NCBI GenBank assembly: GCA_964016885.1
Contig: OZ024744.1
Span: forward strand, 52,390,001-52,454,000
Reading direction: 5' to 3'
Source of the DNA: Eledone cirrhosa
Taxonomy: Eukaryota
DNA length: 64,000 nt
Positions within the stretch are counted from its first letter, which is position 1; each line of letters opens with the position of its first letter. The notes below the pieces were generated by a model. That model was not told the origin of the DNA. It made no database searches and was given only the letters and a program-made list of their open reading frames with translations. The translations under genes were made by a program, and so were the position numbers. This document shows, piece after piece, positions 47,877-61,879 of the stretch.

Positions 47877-48619
47877 ATCACAACTACCACAAACAAAATA
47901 CAAACCATCGGCTGCAGCAACACCATCACCACCGCCACCACTGCATCATCGCTACCTCACTGTTAAGAGGGGGATGGTAGTCGTGCCATTACACATGAAT
48001 AAAAGCGAGGAAAGCATCAAAAGATATAAATAGACTGATTTAGTGACCCGGTCAAACAGCTAACAACAACACCAAAATAATTATTGTTGTTGTATCTCTA
48101 AACTCTCTCAAAATGTTTAGTTTAAACGATGTCAAATCTAAACTATAATATAATAATAATAATTGTTTCTAATTTAGGCACAAGGCCAGCAATTACCCAG
48201 TACATTACTGGTACTTTATTATAATATAATATAATAATAATAATAATAAGCAACAAGTCGAAAGATTATAGAACAGAACACAGATAAAAACAAATCCATC
48301 AACAACAACAAATTTCAAAAGTTTTGAATGCAAAAACTCCTACTTCCCACGTAGCTAAAATCAAAAACAGCAGCAGCAGCAACAACAACACTAGTAACCG
48401 ATGTTACTGGCCTTGAAAAACGAAAAATGTAAAGGAAGAAAAAGCAAAAAAAAAAAAAAACTAAGTCAGGCATTCAAACGTTACAATGAAACTTATGTTT
48501 TATTTTTTAAGTTTTCATCTATTTATTTGTCTATTTATTTATGTCCGTCTACAGCATGATGCTGCCACGCTAAAATCACCGGGGGTGATGAAATCACCAG
48601 TGGTTATGTAACCATACAT

Positions 48620-51600
48620 TCACCAATCCTCGATATGAGTCTTTAGGAAACGGATGCATAACATCTGGAACGAGATTGGTCTATTTAAATTAGATGAACA
48701 AAAATTGGCTGGGCACACTCGGGTAATAAGAACTAATGGGTGGATAAGCGAGTTGGAACTGGAGGAAATGGAGGAACTGAACAGAGAGATTAGGTTAGAC
48801 ATGGAGAGTGGAGTATGCCAGACAAACGAGCCAGTGGGAGATGAAGGTGAAGAGGTTGAGAGAACGGAGGAAGCATCCGAAGCAGACAATGATCTGAATG
48901 CTGAAATAAATAATATCTGGAACAAAGATACGGCCATTGAGGAGATAAATGCTGACGGGCTAGGACAAGATTTGGTTTATATCCTAAACTTAGTGGTAGA
49001 TGAAATGAACAATGATAGTGGGAAACCTATGGACCTAAGATTTGTAGACAGGAAAAAGTTAAAACAAACAACAGCTAAGGTAAACAAAGTCATCCCATAC
49101 CTTGAGGCGAGGAGCCTTCACCAGTGCAACAATATCTTCAAAGCAACAGCAAATGCGGTGAGGAAATTACTTGGCATAAAAGTGAGAGGAAACAACAAAC
49201 AAGAAAGATCAGAACCTTGGTGGAAGAAACGACTGAGTGGTCAAATCAGGGAAATGGGAAATGACATTGGAAAGCTTGAGTCCCTACTGAGTGGAACACT
49301 TCAAAATGTAGACACTAAAAATAGACTGGAAATAAAGTACAAAACTAGGAGGAAAAAGCTAAATGTTATCATAGAGGAACTGAAGAGTCAGTCGGTATAG
49401 ACAGAACCGCATGTTGACAACAACCAGAAGATGTTGTTTGGACAGCTTGAAGGGAAATAAAGAGGCAACGACTTGATCCATGAGGCGGAACAGACTAAGA
49501 CATTCTGGAGAGGAATATGGGAGCAGGATGTTAAACATAATGGTCAGATAGTGTGGATTGAGACAGTTCAAAAGGAGATTAGTGAACAAGCACACCAACA
49601 AACTGATTTAAGTATCACAGTTGAAACTCTTAAAGGGCAGGCCAAAAAACTAACCAACTGGTAATCACCAGGCCCAGATGGTGTGCAGGGGTATGGGATC
49701 AAAAATATAACATCCCTCCACCCGAAACTGACAACCATGTTCAATGACTGCTTGATGTCGTGTGAAGTACCAGAACGGTTGACAAAAGGTTCAACAGTTC
49801 TGGTAATGAAAGACCGAATCAAGGGTAATGATGTTACCAACTATAGAACTATCATATGTCAGTCCGTAATGTGGAAACTGTTAACAAGCATTGTGTCTGA
49901 GCAAATCTACCATCACCTCCACATAAACAACTTGTTACCGGACGAACAGAAAGGATGCCGAAAGAAGTCCCGTGGTACAAAAGACCAGTTACTTATTGAT
50001 AAGATGGTAATGAGGAATTGCAAGAGGAGACACACTGGTCTTGCCACGGGATGGATAGATTACAAAAAGGCATTCGACATGGTGACTCATTCTTGGATAA
50101 ACAAAAGCCCTCTCAAGGTGGCAGATAACATCAGACAGTTGTTGAGCAAAAGTATGAAGTCCTGGGAAACAGACTTAACATCGGATGGAGAATCCTTGGG
50201 AGGCGTGAAGGTCAAGAGAGGTATCTTCCAGGGAGATAGTTTGTCCCCTTTGTTGTTTGACCTTGCCCTGATACCCCTGAGCATTATACTGCGAAAAGTG
50301 AGAGAAGAATACAAGTTGGGAAAAGGAGAACTTACCATCAACCACCTCTCCTTCATGGACGATCTTAAGCTCTTTGGGAAGAGTGAGAAGGAGTTGGATG
50401 TACTTGTTGACACTGTCCGTATTTTCAGCAATGATATATGTATGCAATTTGGTATTAGTAAGTGTGGAGTCCTTGTGATGAAGAGGGGTAAATTGAGCAG
50501 AAGCAACGGAATCCAGGTACCAACAGGGGAGATGATAAAGGAAATCGATACTGAAGAAGGATACACATATTTAGGTTTTCTGGAGGCAGATGACATCAAG
50601 AGCAAAAAAAATGAAGAAATCGATAAGAGCTGAATACATTAGGGAGTAAGGAGCGTATTAAAGTCACAATTAAATAGTAGGAATGTCATAAGTGCAGTGA
50701 ATTCCCGAGCTGTATCTATTATTATGTACAGTGCTGGAATTCTGAAATGGAATGTTGCTGAACAAAAAGAAATGGATAGGAAGACTAGGAAGCTATTGAC
50801 TATCTACAACATGTTCCACAAGAGGAGTGATGTCGATAGACTCTACTTAAGGAGATCTGAAGGTGGAAGAGGTCTTATCAGCATAGAGGACTGTGTTCAG
50901 TTGGAGAAAAACAACCTGCACAAATACGTGACTGATAGTAAGGAGCCAATGCTCAGAACTGTACTGAAGGAGAGGACAATAGACCAGGGGATGTCCAAGG
51001 AAATAATAACAACTAGGAGTAAGAGCGACCTTCATGAAAAATCCCTTCATAGTACCTTCTTTAAGAAAATTGAATTTAGAGATCCACAGACATGGAACTG
51101 GTTAAAAAGAGAAGACCTTAAAAAGGCTACAGAAGGAATGCTAATGGCTGCGCCAGAGCAGGCCCTCCGAACGACGTGGATGAAACACCATATTTACAAG
51201 GAGGAGGGCAGCCCACTGTGTAGGATCTGTGGAGAGAGAGAGGAGACTGTGGCTCACATTGTATCCGAGTGTAAACATCTAGCCCAGACTCACTACAAAG
51301 GCTGGAGACATGATGTGATGGGCAGGGTGATCCACTGGCACCTATGCAAAGTAAACAATTTACCACATTCTGAGAAGTGGTATGAGCATAGGCCAGAGTC
51401 GGTGATGGAAGACGATCAGATGAAGGTGCTGTGGGATTTTAGGATACATACGGACAAGAAACTGGAACACGATAGACCTGACCTGGTAGTTTTGGACAAG
51501 GGAAATAGATCGTGCCTGATTGTGGATGTAGCCTGCCCATTCGACACGAGAGTGCAAGAGAAGGAGAGGGAGAAAATTAACCGATACCAGGACTTAAAGT

Positions 51601-51866
51601 GGGAGTTAAAAAGGATTTGGGACTGCCATGAGGTCAAAGTGATCCCGATTGTCATAGGCGCACTAGGTTCTGTCTCAAAGAGTTTCCAAGGATGGTTAAA
51701 GAAAATAGGCCCCGGCCCGCTTTTTGGAACACTTCAAAAGGCATGCTTGCTGGGAACAGCAAGAACCCTCCGATACGTCCTGAATATCTGATGCTGCAGG
51801 TAGTGGCTTGATATTCATTTCAACAAACTCCAGTTAAATAACATCAATGACTGAGACTCAGAGAAC
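48620..51866 (+). mobile_element. R4/Dong-like non-LTR retrotransposon (RT + CCHC + REL endonuclease), copy 1
   Basis: EQKGCR, WIDYKKAFD, RGIFQGDSLSPLLF, FMDDLKL, GGRGL, CRICGEREETVAHIVSEC, RHD, RPDLVV..D, KINRYQDL, LQKACLLGT. It ends in (AAT)n at 51867-51918. Stops and frameshifts are present. Confidence 0.93.
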
Positions 51867-51918
<52 letters not shown>

Positions 51919-51919
<1 letters not shown>

Positions 51920-53648
51920 AGACAGTTGCTGGGCAGGAGTATGGGCTCCTGGGAGACAGAGTTGACATCAACTGGAGTATCCTTGGGAAGCGTGAAGATC
52001 AAGAGAGGTATCTTCCAGGGAGATAGCCTGTCCCCTCTGTTGTTTGTCCTTGCCCTGATGCCCTTGACCATTATGCTGCGAAAAGTGAGAGCAGGATACA
52101 AGTTGGGAAAGGGAGAGCTTACCATCAATCACCTCCTCTTCATGGACGATCTTAAGCTCTTCGGGAAAAGTGAGAAGGAGTTGGATGTGCTTGTTGACAC
52201 TATCCGTATTTTCAGCAGTGATATATGTATGCAGTTTGGTATTAGTAAATGTGGAGTCATTGTGATGAGGAGGGGTAGGTTGACAGAAGTAACGGGATCC
52301 AGATACCAACAGGTGAGATGATAAAGGAAATTGACTCTGAGGAAGGATACAAGTATTTGGGCGTTCTGGAGGCTGATGGCATAAAGAACAAAAAAATGAA
52401 GGAATTGTTAAGAACTGAATACATTCGGAGAGTAAGGAGCGTATTGAAGTCACATCTGAACAGCAGAAATGCCATAAGCGCAGTAAATTCCCGAGCTGTG
52501 TCTATTATTAGGTACAGTGCGGGAATTCTGAGATGGAATGTTGCTGAACAAAAAGAAATGGATAGGAAGACTAGGAAGCTATTGACTATCTACAACATGT
52601 TCCACAAGAGGAGTGATGTCGATAGACTCTACCTAAGGAGATCTGAGGGTGGAAGAGGTCTTATCAGCATAGAGGACTGTGTTCAGATGGAGAAAAACAA
52701 CCTATACAAATACGTGACCTATAGTAAGGAGCCAATGCTCAGAACTGTACTGAAGGAGGGGACAGTATGCCAGGGGATGTCCAAGGAGGAAATAACATCA
52801 AGGAGGAAGAGCAGCCTTAAGGGAAAATCCCTTCATAGTACCTTTGAGAAAACTGAATTTAGAGATCCTCAGACATGGAACTGGTTGAGAAGAGGAGACC
52901 TCAAAAAGGCTACAGAAGGAATGCTAATGGCTGCGCAGGAGCAGGCCCTCAAAACGAAGTGGTTGAAGCACCATATTTACAAGGAGGAGGCTAGCCCACT
53001 GTGCAGGATCTGTGGAGAGAGAGAGGAGACTGTGGCTCACAATGTGTCCGAGTGTAAACACCTAGCCCAGACCCACTATAAGGGCTGGAGACACGATGTG
53101 ATGGGCAGAGTGATCCACTGGCACCTGTGCAAAGTAAACAATTTACCGCATTCTGAGAAATGGTATGAGCATAGGCCAGAGGCGGTGATGGAGAACAATC
53201 AGGTGAAGGTGCTGTGGGATTCTAGGATACAGACGGACAAAAAACTGGAACACAATAGACCTGACCTGGTGGTTGTGGACAAAGAAAAAAGATCGTGTCT
53301 GATTGTGGATCTGGCCTGCCATTTCGACACGAGAGTGCAAGAGAAGGAGAGGGAGAAAATTAACCGATACCAGGACCTAAAGTGGGAGGTGAAAAGGATT
53401 TGGAACAGCCATGAAGTCAAAGTGATCCCGATTGTCATAGGCGCACTGGGGACTATCTCCAAAGGTTTCCAGGGATGGTTAAAGAAAATCGGCCCCTTCA
53501 CGCTTTTTGGAACGCTTCAAAAGGCATGCTTGCTTGGAACAGCAAGAACCCTCCGATACGTCCTGAATATCTGAGGCTGCAGGTAGTGGCTTGATATTCA
53601 TTCCAACGGACTTTCTAGTTAACCAACATCAATGACTGAGATTCAAGG
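51919..53648 (+). mobile_element. R4/Dong-like element, 5'-truncated copy 2, between two (AAT)n tracts
   Basis: Colinear with 50132-51866, with scattered substitutions; ORFs 51926-52321 and 52318-53574. Confidence 0.93.
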
Positions 53649-53657
53649 AATAACAAC

Positions 53658-53687
<30 letters not shown>

Positions 53688-53689
<2 letters not shown>

Positions 53690-56600
53690 TTTCTTTATTA
53701 ACCACAAGGGTTTACCTAAAGTAGACATTAAGGACAGTGCAGGACAATACAGGACGGTACAAATGGGCATTTCTGCGTGTAAAAAAAGAAAAAAAAAAGA
53801 GGGTGTAACAAAAAATAACAATGAAAAATTCCCCAATAGGGGGGAGTCTTCGGAGGGACATTTGTGGAGAATGCCCAATAAAAAGCCACAATGACCCTGA
53901 CCACCAAGGCAAGTGCCCTCTCCCAGTTTTCCACCTTTAATTTACAGATATATACTCATAGTAGGCCCATTCACTCGGGCCATTCTTGCTTCTCTCACCC
54001 ATATTTCAACAAAATGCTGGGAAGTGAGCACTTCCCTCTCTACTCTGATTTTCCTTTTCAAATGAAATTTGAAAAAGTCAATCAGAGCATCACCGAAGAG
54101 GTAAGTGCTCGTCTTCAGCCCTTTCAAACGTGTCCACCATACTATCTCTTTCGCCATGGCCACCAGACAGATTAAAAACTGCCTGCCCTTCCCGGCTAAA
54201 GGAGGAGGGCGGGGCAATCCTCACGATGGACTCAGATGATAGCCGGATCCGTCCTAAACGCGACAGCAGGTGTTCGACATAAACCCACAAGTCAGCAATT
54301 TTCGGACACTGGACGAGTGCAGTGATCACCGTCGAGGAAGAGGTGGAGATGTCGTAGCCTGAGCGCGTGCCTGGGCATCATCAGCCACGGCATGCCGAGC
54401 CCTCCACGTAGCGGGTGTTGACAACAGATGGACCGCCAGACCATCGGAGCGCGTCCCTTCCACAAAAAGCGAAAGAGCAAACGCTCCAGCGCAGTCAGGC
54501 GAGGCTTAGGACAAGGTACGACGGTCAGACGGTAGCAGATGACGGACGCGATGTACGCGTTAGCCACCTCCGCTCGACCTTTCAGGAATAGCTTCCTCTC
54601 CGCCCATTTCTGGGTGAGAGAAGCCACCCTGCTCGTCACCTCGTCCCAGTTTTGTTCGTCTGGAGGTCCGGACCGAACCAGACCCCTAGCAATTTAACCG
54701 GTCCGTCCGTCCAGCGTCCGACGACGCTGTTGGACGGCATGGACCTGCCTCTCCAGGTGCCGAGCTGCAGGCCCACTGTCTTTTCCTGGTTGATCATTGC
54801 TCCTGTCACAGCTTCGTATTCTCTTAGTGTAATGCCGATCGCCTCGATGTGTTTGGCGTTCGACACCACTACGGTGACATCGTCCGCATATGCTGACACG
54901 GATCTTCCGCATCCTAGTTCGCGCGGGATGCCCCTCAACGTCTCCAGTTTGTGCAGTAATGGCTCGAGAGTCAATACGTACAAGAGGGACGAGAGGGGAC
55001 ATCCTTGGCGGACCGAGCGCATGATGTTGAACGGTTCCGACAGGTGACCGTTCACTCTCGCCACAGAGCAGATGTCGCTGTGCATGGCAGCGATACAGCC
55101 TCTGAAGACGAGCCCAAAGCCAGCCGCCCTCAGGACTGCCGCTAGGTAACGATGGTCGACCCTATCGAAAACTTTCGACTGATCTAAATTGATCAAGGAC
55201 CCACCCGTGCCAGGTTCCCTAGCTACCCTCTCTACGATGTATCGCATGAGGTGGAGGTTGTCGTGGATGGATCAGTCGGGAATGTCTGCGCCTCTCCCAC
55301 CAGACCACCAACGACAAGCGCCAACCTATTTGCTAGCACCTTGACCAAAATCTTGTTATCTGTGTTTAGCAGAGTTATGGGCCGGAAATTATCTATGTTA
55401 TCCCCCTTGTTCGGATCCTTTCTCAGCAGTGCCACCGCTCCTCGGCTCACAGAACTGGGAATTCTTCCGTTCTGTTGCCAGTTGCAGTAGACGTCCGCCA
55501 AGAGGCCTCCGAACAAGTCTGGCATCTGTACGTAAAGATCATAGGGCAGACCATCCAAACCAGGCGATTTACCCCTTGTGCAGCCAGTCATTGCCTCCCT
55601 TACTTCAGCGGCTGTTATCGGCTTTTCGCAACACTTCGCCTCAGTGGCCGAGAGCCGCGGCAGTCCGTCGAGGTAGACACTAAAGTCCATCCCTCGACCC
55701 GGCCCACCACTGCCTCCGAACAGCTGAGCGAAGTATCGCTGAAAAGCTTCACACATTTGCCCGGGATCGAGTAGCATGCGCCCGTCGTGGTCCACCAAAG
55801 ACCGGATCGTGGCTTTGTTGCCACGACGCGCCTCCGCCACTCGGGCCCATTGAACGGCTTTCGTCCCCTCGTGTCTGAGAGCACGCACCCTTGCTCTGAC
55901 AAAGCAGGCTTCGTGCTTTGCATTGAAGAATTGGTCAAGGGCCAATTTCGCAGCAAGTACGTCGGTCGCAATGCCTTTGCTAAGCGCCTCGTCTCATTTT
56001 CTAACTAGTTCTCCCTCTGCTCTATTTTTCTCTATTTCTAAAGCCTTACTAAACCTAATCGATTCTATTCTAATCGCTCTTTTCAGAGCAAACCACCACT
56101 TGTTGTTGACGATGGCCCCCGTCTACGCCCGCTTAACTAGATCTCTAATCCGGTCTCTGTAGGCCTTGCGTGCTGGTAAGGACGCGTTTAGCTTCCAGTA
56201 GCCGGGTCCTCGTCTATGAAGCCTATCTAAGTCAAGCACACAGATCACGAATTTGTGGTCCGTGTAGCTGACTATCTTGAATTGTGCACAGCCTATGCTA
56301 GACCTATCTATTTACCTACAAAATACTCTATCTAGATATGATCTGGATGACTCTATGCGATTTGTCCAAGTCCACATTGGCACATTCTGGAAATCCAATC
56401 GGTACCTGTCAGACAGTTCAAAACGCCTGAGAAGGTTGGTGAGGCTCTTGCACCCTCCACCCCTATCCGCTAATCCCACACAGTCCCAGCGTGCATCTAA
56501 GATCCCGTTCCAGTCGCCCACTAACACTAAAGAGGGGGAGGTTCCAAGAAAGGTCTCCAGACGCCGGAAGAAATCAGGCCGCCTGCTCCTGTCGGGGTAT

Positions 56601-59262
56601 AGACGGCCACTAGCCTGAAAGCTTGCCCGTCTCCGCTGGTCACGTCCAGCACCACCAACTTACCCTCTGGGTCCAGGAAGATGGCCCGTATGGCGAGATC
56701 CAAACCTCTCCGAAAAAGCACAGCAACTCCTCCCCCCGATCCAGGACGGCTGGGAGATGCGTACACATCGTAGCCGCCGAAGATCGGTTCGAAGGCCCGT
56801 GCATCGGAGATTCTGGTCTCGCTGATGGCCACTACATCTATGTTTAGTGACTTGAGGTCGTTGAGCAGGTGGCCCTGCTTCCATGACGACCCCAAGCCAC
56901 GCGCATTTATGCTGCCTATTCTGAGTGAGGTCATGTTTAATATAGAGTGGAAAAGATGGGAAAGACAACTTACCATACTTTTCGTAGAGGAGGGATGGTT
57001 TTTACATCCCTTTTCACTTGATCGTCTGGTAAATCGTCCCTTCGGCTGGTCGTCGGCTCTTCTATGAGTATGTCCGAATATACTCTTCCGTTGATAGTTC
57101 CTCCTAGGTCCCTGAAATCCCCAACTGCGTTGGGGAATTTCGTTTTAATGTTTCTGTATTTTTTTCTGTGCTATTTTTAGCAGTCTTATGTTAGTTGGCG
57201 TTTTGATTGGTGCTGGTATTATGTAGTCGTGTTGTGAAATGTCTGTGTGTTCAATTATGTAAGTCATTAGCTTCTTGTTGTGTGTATTTATTGCCGTGCA
57301 TTTGTTTTTCGGGGGTGGGTGGGGTTCTGCTATTTTCTTGTCGTTGTTGCTGGGTGTGTGTGTATTGTTGTTGTGTTTGCGATGTTGGTGCTTGTGGTGG
57401 TGGTGTTGAAGGTGTTGTTGGCGGTGGGGTTTTCGCCGGTGTTGATGGTGCTGCTAGTGTGGGTGGTGATGGTGTTGGTGGTGTTGCTGCTGTGAGTCTC
57501 TTTGCAGTAGACTTTACCCTTTTTTAATTTCTTTCCTCCCTTTTCAAAGGCGATGATGCGCTGCTTCTGCGTTTGTGCCTTCTTACGACCTTTTGCCATC
57601 CCTCTCCCACCTCACACTCCATGTCTGATTCTGTGAGGTCAGGGAGGGGTACCAGCTCCACTCTTTCACTTGTTGTTGTTGGTGATGTTTGCACTGGTGT
57701 CTCTGTTGCAGCTGCATTTGGTATTGCTGTTGTTGTTGTTGTTAATACTTCCACTGCTGCTGCTGTTTTTGATTTCCGTGGCGTAGGTATGGGTGCCACG
57801 GATCTATCGTTCCTGGTTGCCGCTTGTCCTGTTGCTGGTAGCCGTGGAGCCGGTTTCGGAAGGAGGGGGGTTTTCTTCTTTCTCAGGGTCTTCTCGTTGC
57901 AGAAGTCCCTGAGGTGAGTCTTCGAACCACAGCGAAAGCATTTCGGGCGTGTGCCCTCAACACTTATGGGCAGTTGAGTGCCGTTATCGAAGTCTATCAC
58001 ATCTGGGATAGCTTCGATGCACTCCTGGTTGGTTTGGATTAACATCTCAATGGAGATGCCGACCCAATCTTCTCTTACTTTTTTCTGTACTTGCAGTACA
58101 GTTGTTTTTTCCTCGCTTCCGACGAGGACAGACGCGGCCAGCCAAGAAGGGTCCATCCGGGGGGGGGGGGGGGTCAGTTTGACCCTCACAATTTTTTGCC
58201 CGCAGCAGGAGGGCAACAACACCATTTCCTCGCTCCTTAGGGTCACTACGGATTGAGCCTTTGCCTCCTGGGGTGTGGGAAAAATGTACGTCTACGGTGG
58301 CATATTTCTTGCCTCGGGTGATGTGTGTTTTCCGCTGCCACACAGACCCCCAAGGCTTTTTGTATTTGAGCCTCTGTGGCTCTTTCCACCCTACGGGATT
58401 TTGTACTTACTGTACGGTACGTGACCGTACAGTGCTGTTGGGTTTCGAAAAATTTTTCCGCTGCCTTGCAGATTGCTCGGTGTCTTGTTTTTGTCACCAT
58501 CTTCTTCGCTTCCTCTAATTCCTCATTTGTTATGAGGATTGTTTCCATGTTCTTCGCGATACCTGCAAACGAGATTGGTTTTTCTTTGCTGCTGTTGTTG
58601 TTGTTGTTGTCGTCAGAGCTGCTGTTACTTTTGTTGTTGCTGCAGGTACTACGACTACTGCCGCCGCCGCTGTTGCTGCTGCTAATGCTGTTGTTGTTTA
58701 TGCTGCTGCTGATGCTGTTGCGGCTGCTACTGTTGTTTTCCATGTCACTGTTGCTGTTGTTATTACGGCTGCTACTGCTATTATTCCTGACGTCAGACGA
58801 ATGAAATGGGTGTTCGTATTTCCCGCACACCTGTTTTGTCGTTGTCGTCGTCGTCGTGGAGAAATCTTGCACGCTTTGCACGAGACTTTTCTTTTCTGTC
58901 GTCGCTTGCGAAAGAGATAGGAGGGAGAGAGACACATTTAAAGAAGGGAGGGAGAGAGACAATCTTCTCTCTGCTGTAGTGACGATTGAGGAAGAAGAAA
59001 ACGGAATGAGTGGGAGTGACCTATGAAAATTCTTTTTCGTAGCCATGTTGTTTTTTTTGTTTAAAATAAATATTGGGCACAAAACCTCAATAAGCAGTTA
59101 TTTAACCCCGAAGGGCCAAATAACGGACAGAAAGACCCCTCTCACGAGGAGGAGGGTGTTTTTGTCTACAAGTTCGTTAAAGTTTTAAACAATTTACAAT
59201 TGTTATAGCGTTCAAAATTTACAATACCTTACAGAGCCGAGCCTCCGTCAACCATAGCATTC
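53688..59262 (-). mobile_element. Tx1/L1-like LINE copy B with both termini, flanked by (AAT)n
   Basis: ORF1 CFRCGSKTHLRDFC; APE IGSINARGL and GDWN; RT SVRQGCPLS and AYADDV; internal deletion near 54329. (AAT)n lies at 53649-53687 and 59263-59313. Confidence 0.95.
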
Positions 59263-59314
<52 letters not shown>

Positions 59315-59319
59315 TTAAT

Positions 59320-59822
59320 GTTTTCTTTATTAACCACAAGGGTTTATATAAAGTAGACATTAAGGACAGTACAGGACAATACAGGACGGTACAAATGGGC
59401 ATTTCTGCGTGTAAAAAAACAGAGGATGTAATAAAATAACAAAGAAAAATTCCCCAATAGGGGGGAGACTTCCGAGGGACATTTGTGGAGAAAGCCCATT
59501 AAAAGACCACAGTGACCCTGACCACCAAGGCAAGTGCCCTCTCCCAGTTTTCCACCTTTAATTTACAGACACATACTCAGAGAAGGCCCATTCATTCGGG
59601 CCATTCTTGCTTCTCTCACCCATCTTTCAACAAAATGCTGGGAAGAGAGCACTTCCCTCTCTACTCTGATTTTCCTTTTCAAATGAAATTTGAAAAAGTC
59701 AATCAGGGCATCACCGAAGAGGTAAGTGCTCGTCTTCAGCCCTTTCAAACGTGTCCACCATACTATCTCTTTCGTCATGGCCACCAGACAGATAAAAACT
59801 GCCTGCCCTTCTCGGCTAAAGA
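59320..59822 (-). mobile_element. Tx1 copy C, 5'-truncated (~500 bp), in (AAT)n
   Basis: Near-identical to 53688-54200, with (AAT)-like repeats on both sides. Confidence 0.93.
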
Positions 59823-59879
59823 AATAATAATAATAATAGTAATAATAGTAATAACATTAGCAGGAACATAAACCAACAC

Positions 59880-60360
59880 TAAGTAGGATTTATATCGTGT
59901 TAACTGAGGGGACATTAACGAAAGGATAGCTGTAGATATAAGAATACGAGTAATTGCAATAAAAAATTATGATAAATACACAAACTGGCATTGAGGAAAA
60001 TTTCCCCAATGGATGTACTTTAAAGTACTTCCAAATAAAACATCACATAAAATCCCGGATTACTCTGTGATAGCTGTCAACATTTCACCAATATAGGAGG
60101 ACTGTGCTCTAAGATAACTCTAAGGAGAACCCTACACAAAACCTCACTGGAGTTGAACTCTAACGTTTTCTTTTAAGAAGAGCATTGTCAGAGCAAACCC
60201 ATTCAACTTGATCATCGTGTTACTCTCTCGCATCTTTTATATGAGACTCTAGAAAGCATTATCACCTTTTCTACTCTTACCTTCCTCTTCAATATTAAAT
60301 ATTATTGATGCAAGGGTGAAATCTGTTCTCACGATATATAGAAAAGATAAACTTATGGTA
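59880..60360 (-). mobile_element. Highly decayed CR1-like RT fragment
   Basis: Remnants compatible with GVPQGSVLGP..IYINDL (gtaggttctccttagagttatcttagagcacag); many stops. Confidence 0.35.
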
Positions 60361-60619
60361 AGGCAGACGTCAAAGAGTGAGCCACAATATGGTTGCCCGA
60401 TGTACTAGAAATAGCAAGGGAATGTACGAAATGATCAAAGGTTTTCTAATCATGAAAATCTTTTTCTATCATGACAAAATAAAAGCTCTCTTGTTGGTTT
60501 TGTTACTTTTATCGAAGGAAAAGTGTGTAGTAAATAGATTCCAACTGGATGCTTTGCAGTATCTGTTCCAGTTCTATGCATACTGAGTTCAAATTCCGTT
60601 TTATTCTTTTGCAAGGATT

Positions 60620-60948
60620 TGTGACTGACAGACGATCAACTCCTTTCCTTTCTTTTGCCAGGAGTTTTGACTGGCAGACAGTATCAGCAATTGAAAAACC
60701 AATGGAAACATTGTTTCTTTGGTTCGATTTGCCATAAATTGTGGTTGAGAGATAGCATCAGCAATAGAAAAATTTGATGATCAGCTCCTTTATTCTGGCA
60801 GGAGTTGTGTCTGACAGACAGAATTAGTAATGGAAAAACAACCCTAAGTAAACATTGTTTCCTTGGTTGGATTCAGCCAGGAGTTACTACTGAAATATTA
60901 TCAGCTATGGAAAAACCAGTGGAAACATTGTTTATTTGCTTCGATCCG
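60620..60948. repeat. Degenerate ~70 bp minisatellite
   Basis: Recurring gccaggagtt, atcagcaat.gaaaaa and aaacattgttt.tt.g.ttcgat. Confidence 0.7.
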
Positions 60949-61070
60949 ACGTTCATATAATTGTCATATATACTTATAATCTATCTCGTAATATATAGTA
61001 AGGTAAATATTTGTGTTCTTCAATCAAGTGAACATTTTACTTCATCATAAATAAGAGCATTACTAATAAC

Positions 61071-61241
61071 TGTTTCTACATTTGGCACAAGGCCAGCATT
61101 ACCCAGTACATTACTGGTACTTTATTTTATCGACGCCGTAAGGATGAAAGGCAAAGTTAATCTCAGCGGGATTTGAATTCAGAATGGCAAGGGCTGTAAC
61201 TCTATGCGTCAAACCATGGCGTCCGACCCTCTACCTATACT
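61071..61241 (-). mobile_element. SINE, same family as 13544-13726, with 17 bp TSD
   Basis: TSD agagcattactaataac at 61054-61070 and 61242-61258. Confidence 0.9.
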
Positions 61242-61814
61242 AGAGCATTACTAATAACATACAATGGATCTTGGTATGATTAAAAATTACTGGTAACAGT
61301 GATAAAACTGTGGCAAAGATATATACACATACGTATTTACGACAGCGTTTTGCAGTTTTCGTGGCTATAGAAGAAGACACTTGCCCAAATGTCTTCTAAG
61401 CAGCGGGAACTAAATCCTAAACCATGTGGTTGCAAAGTGAACGTCTTAACTACATAATCGTGCAGTCCTTGTAATTATATGTATTATCTGTCTACCTTTA
61501 TTGAGCATTTCATAAAACATAGCTAAATTTTATTGGTTTTTGTATAAAACATAAATACATTCATTGATTATATATTTTATGTCTTAATAATAAATAATTT
61601 AAATATATTTTGCTATTTAGTTTGAATTTTGTCTTAATATATATATTTAAACACATTTCTATCTTTAACCATCTCAGTGCATTGAGCAAGGAATTATTGG
61701 GGTAAAATCTCAATGACAAGAAAAGAGGCATTTGCTCTACGGTTCTTATATATTTGATATATATTTATCCTTATCGAGCCCTCTTTGGATTTTAGTCTTC
61801 AAATTTATTATTAT

Positions 61815-61874
<60 letters not shown>

Positions 61875-61879
<5 letters not shown>

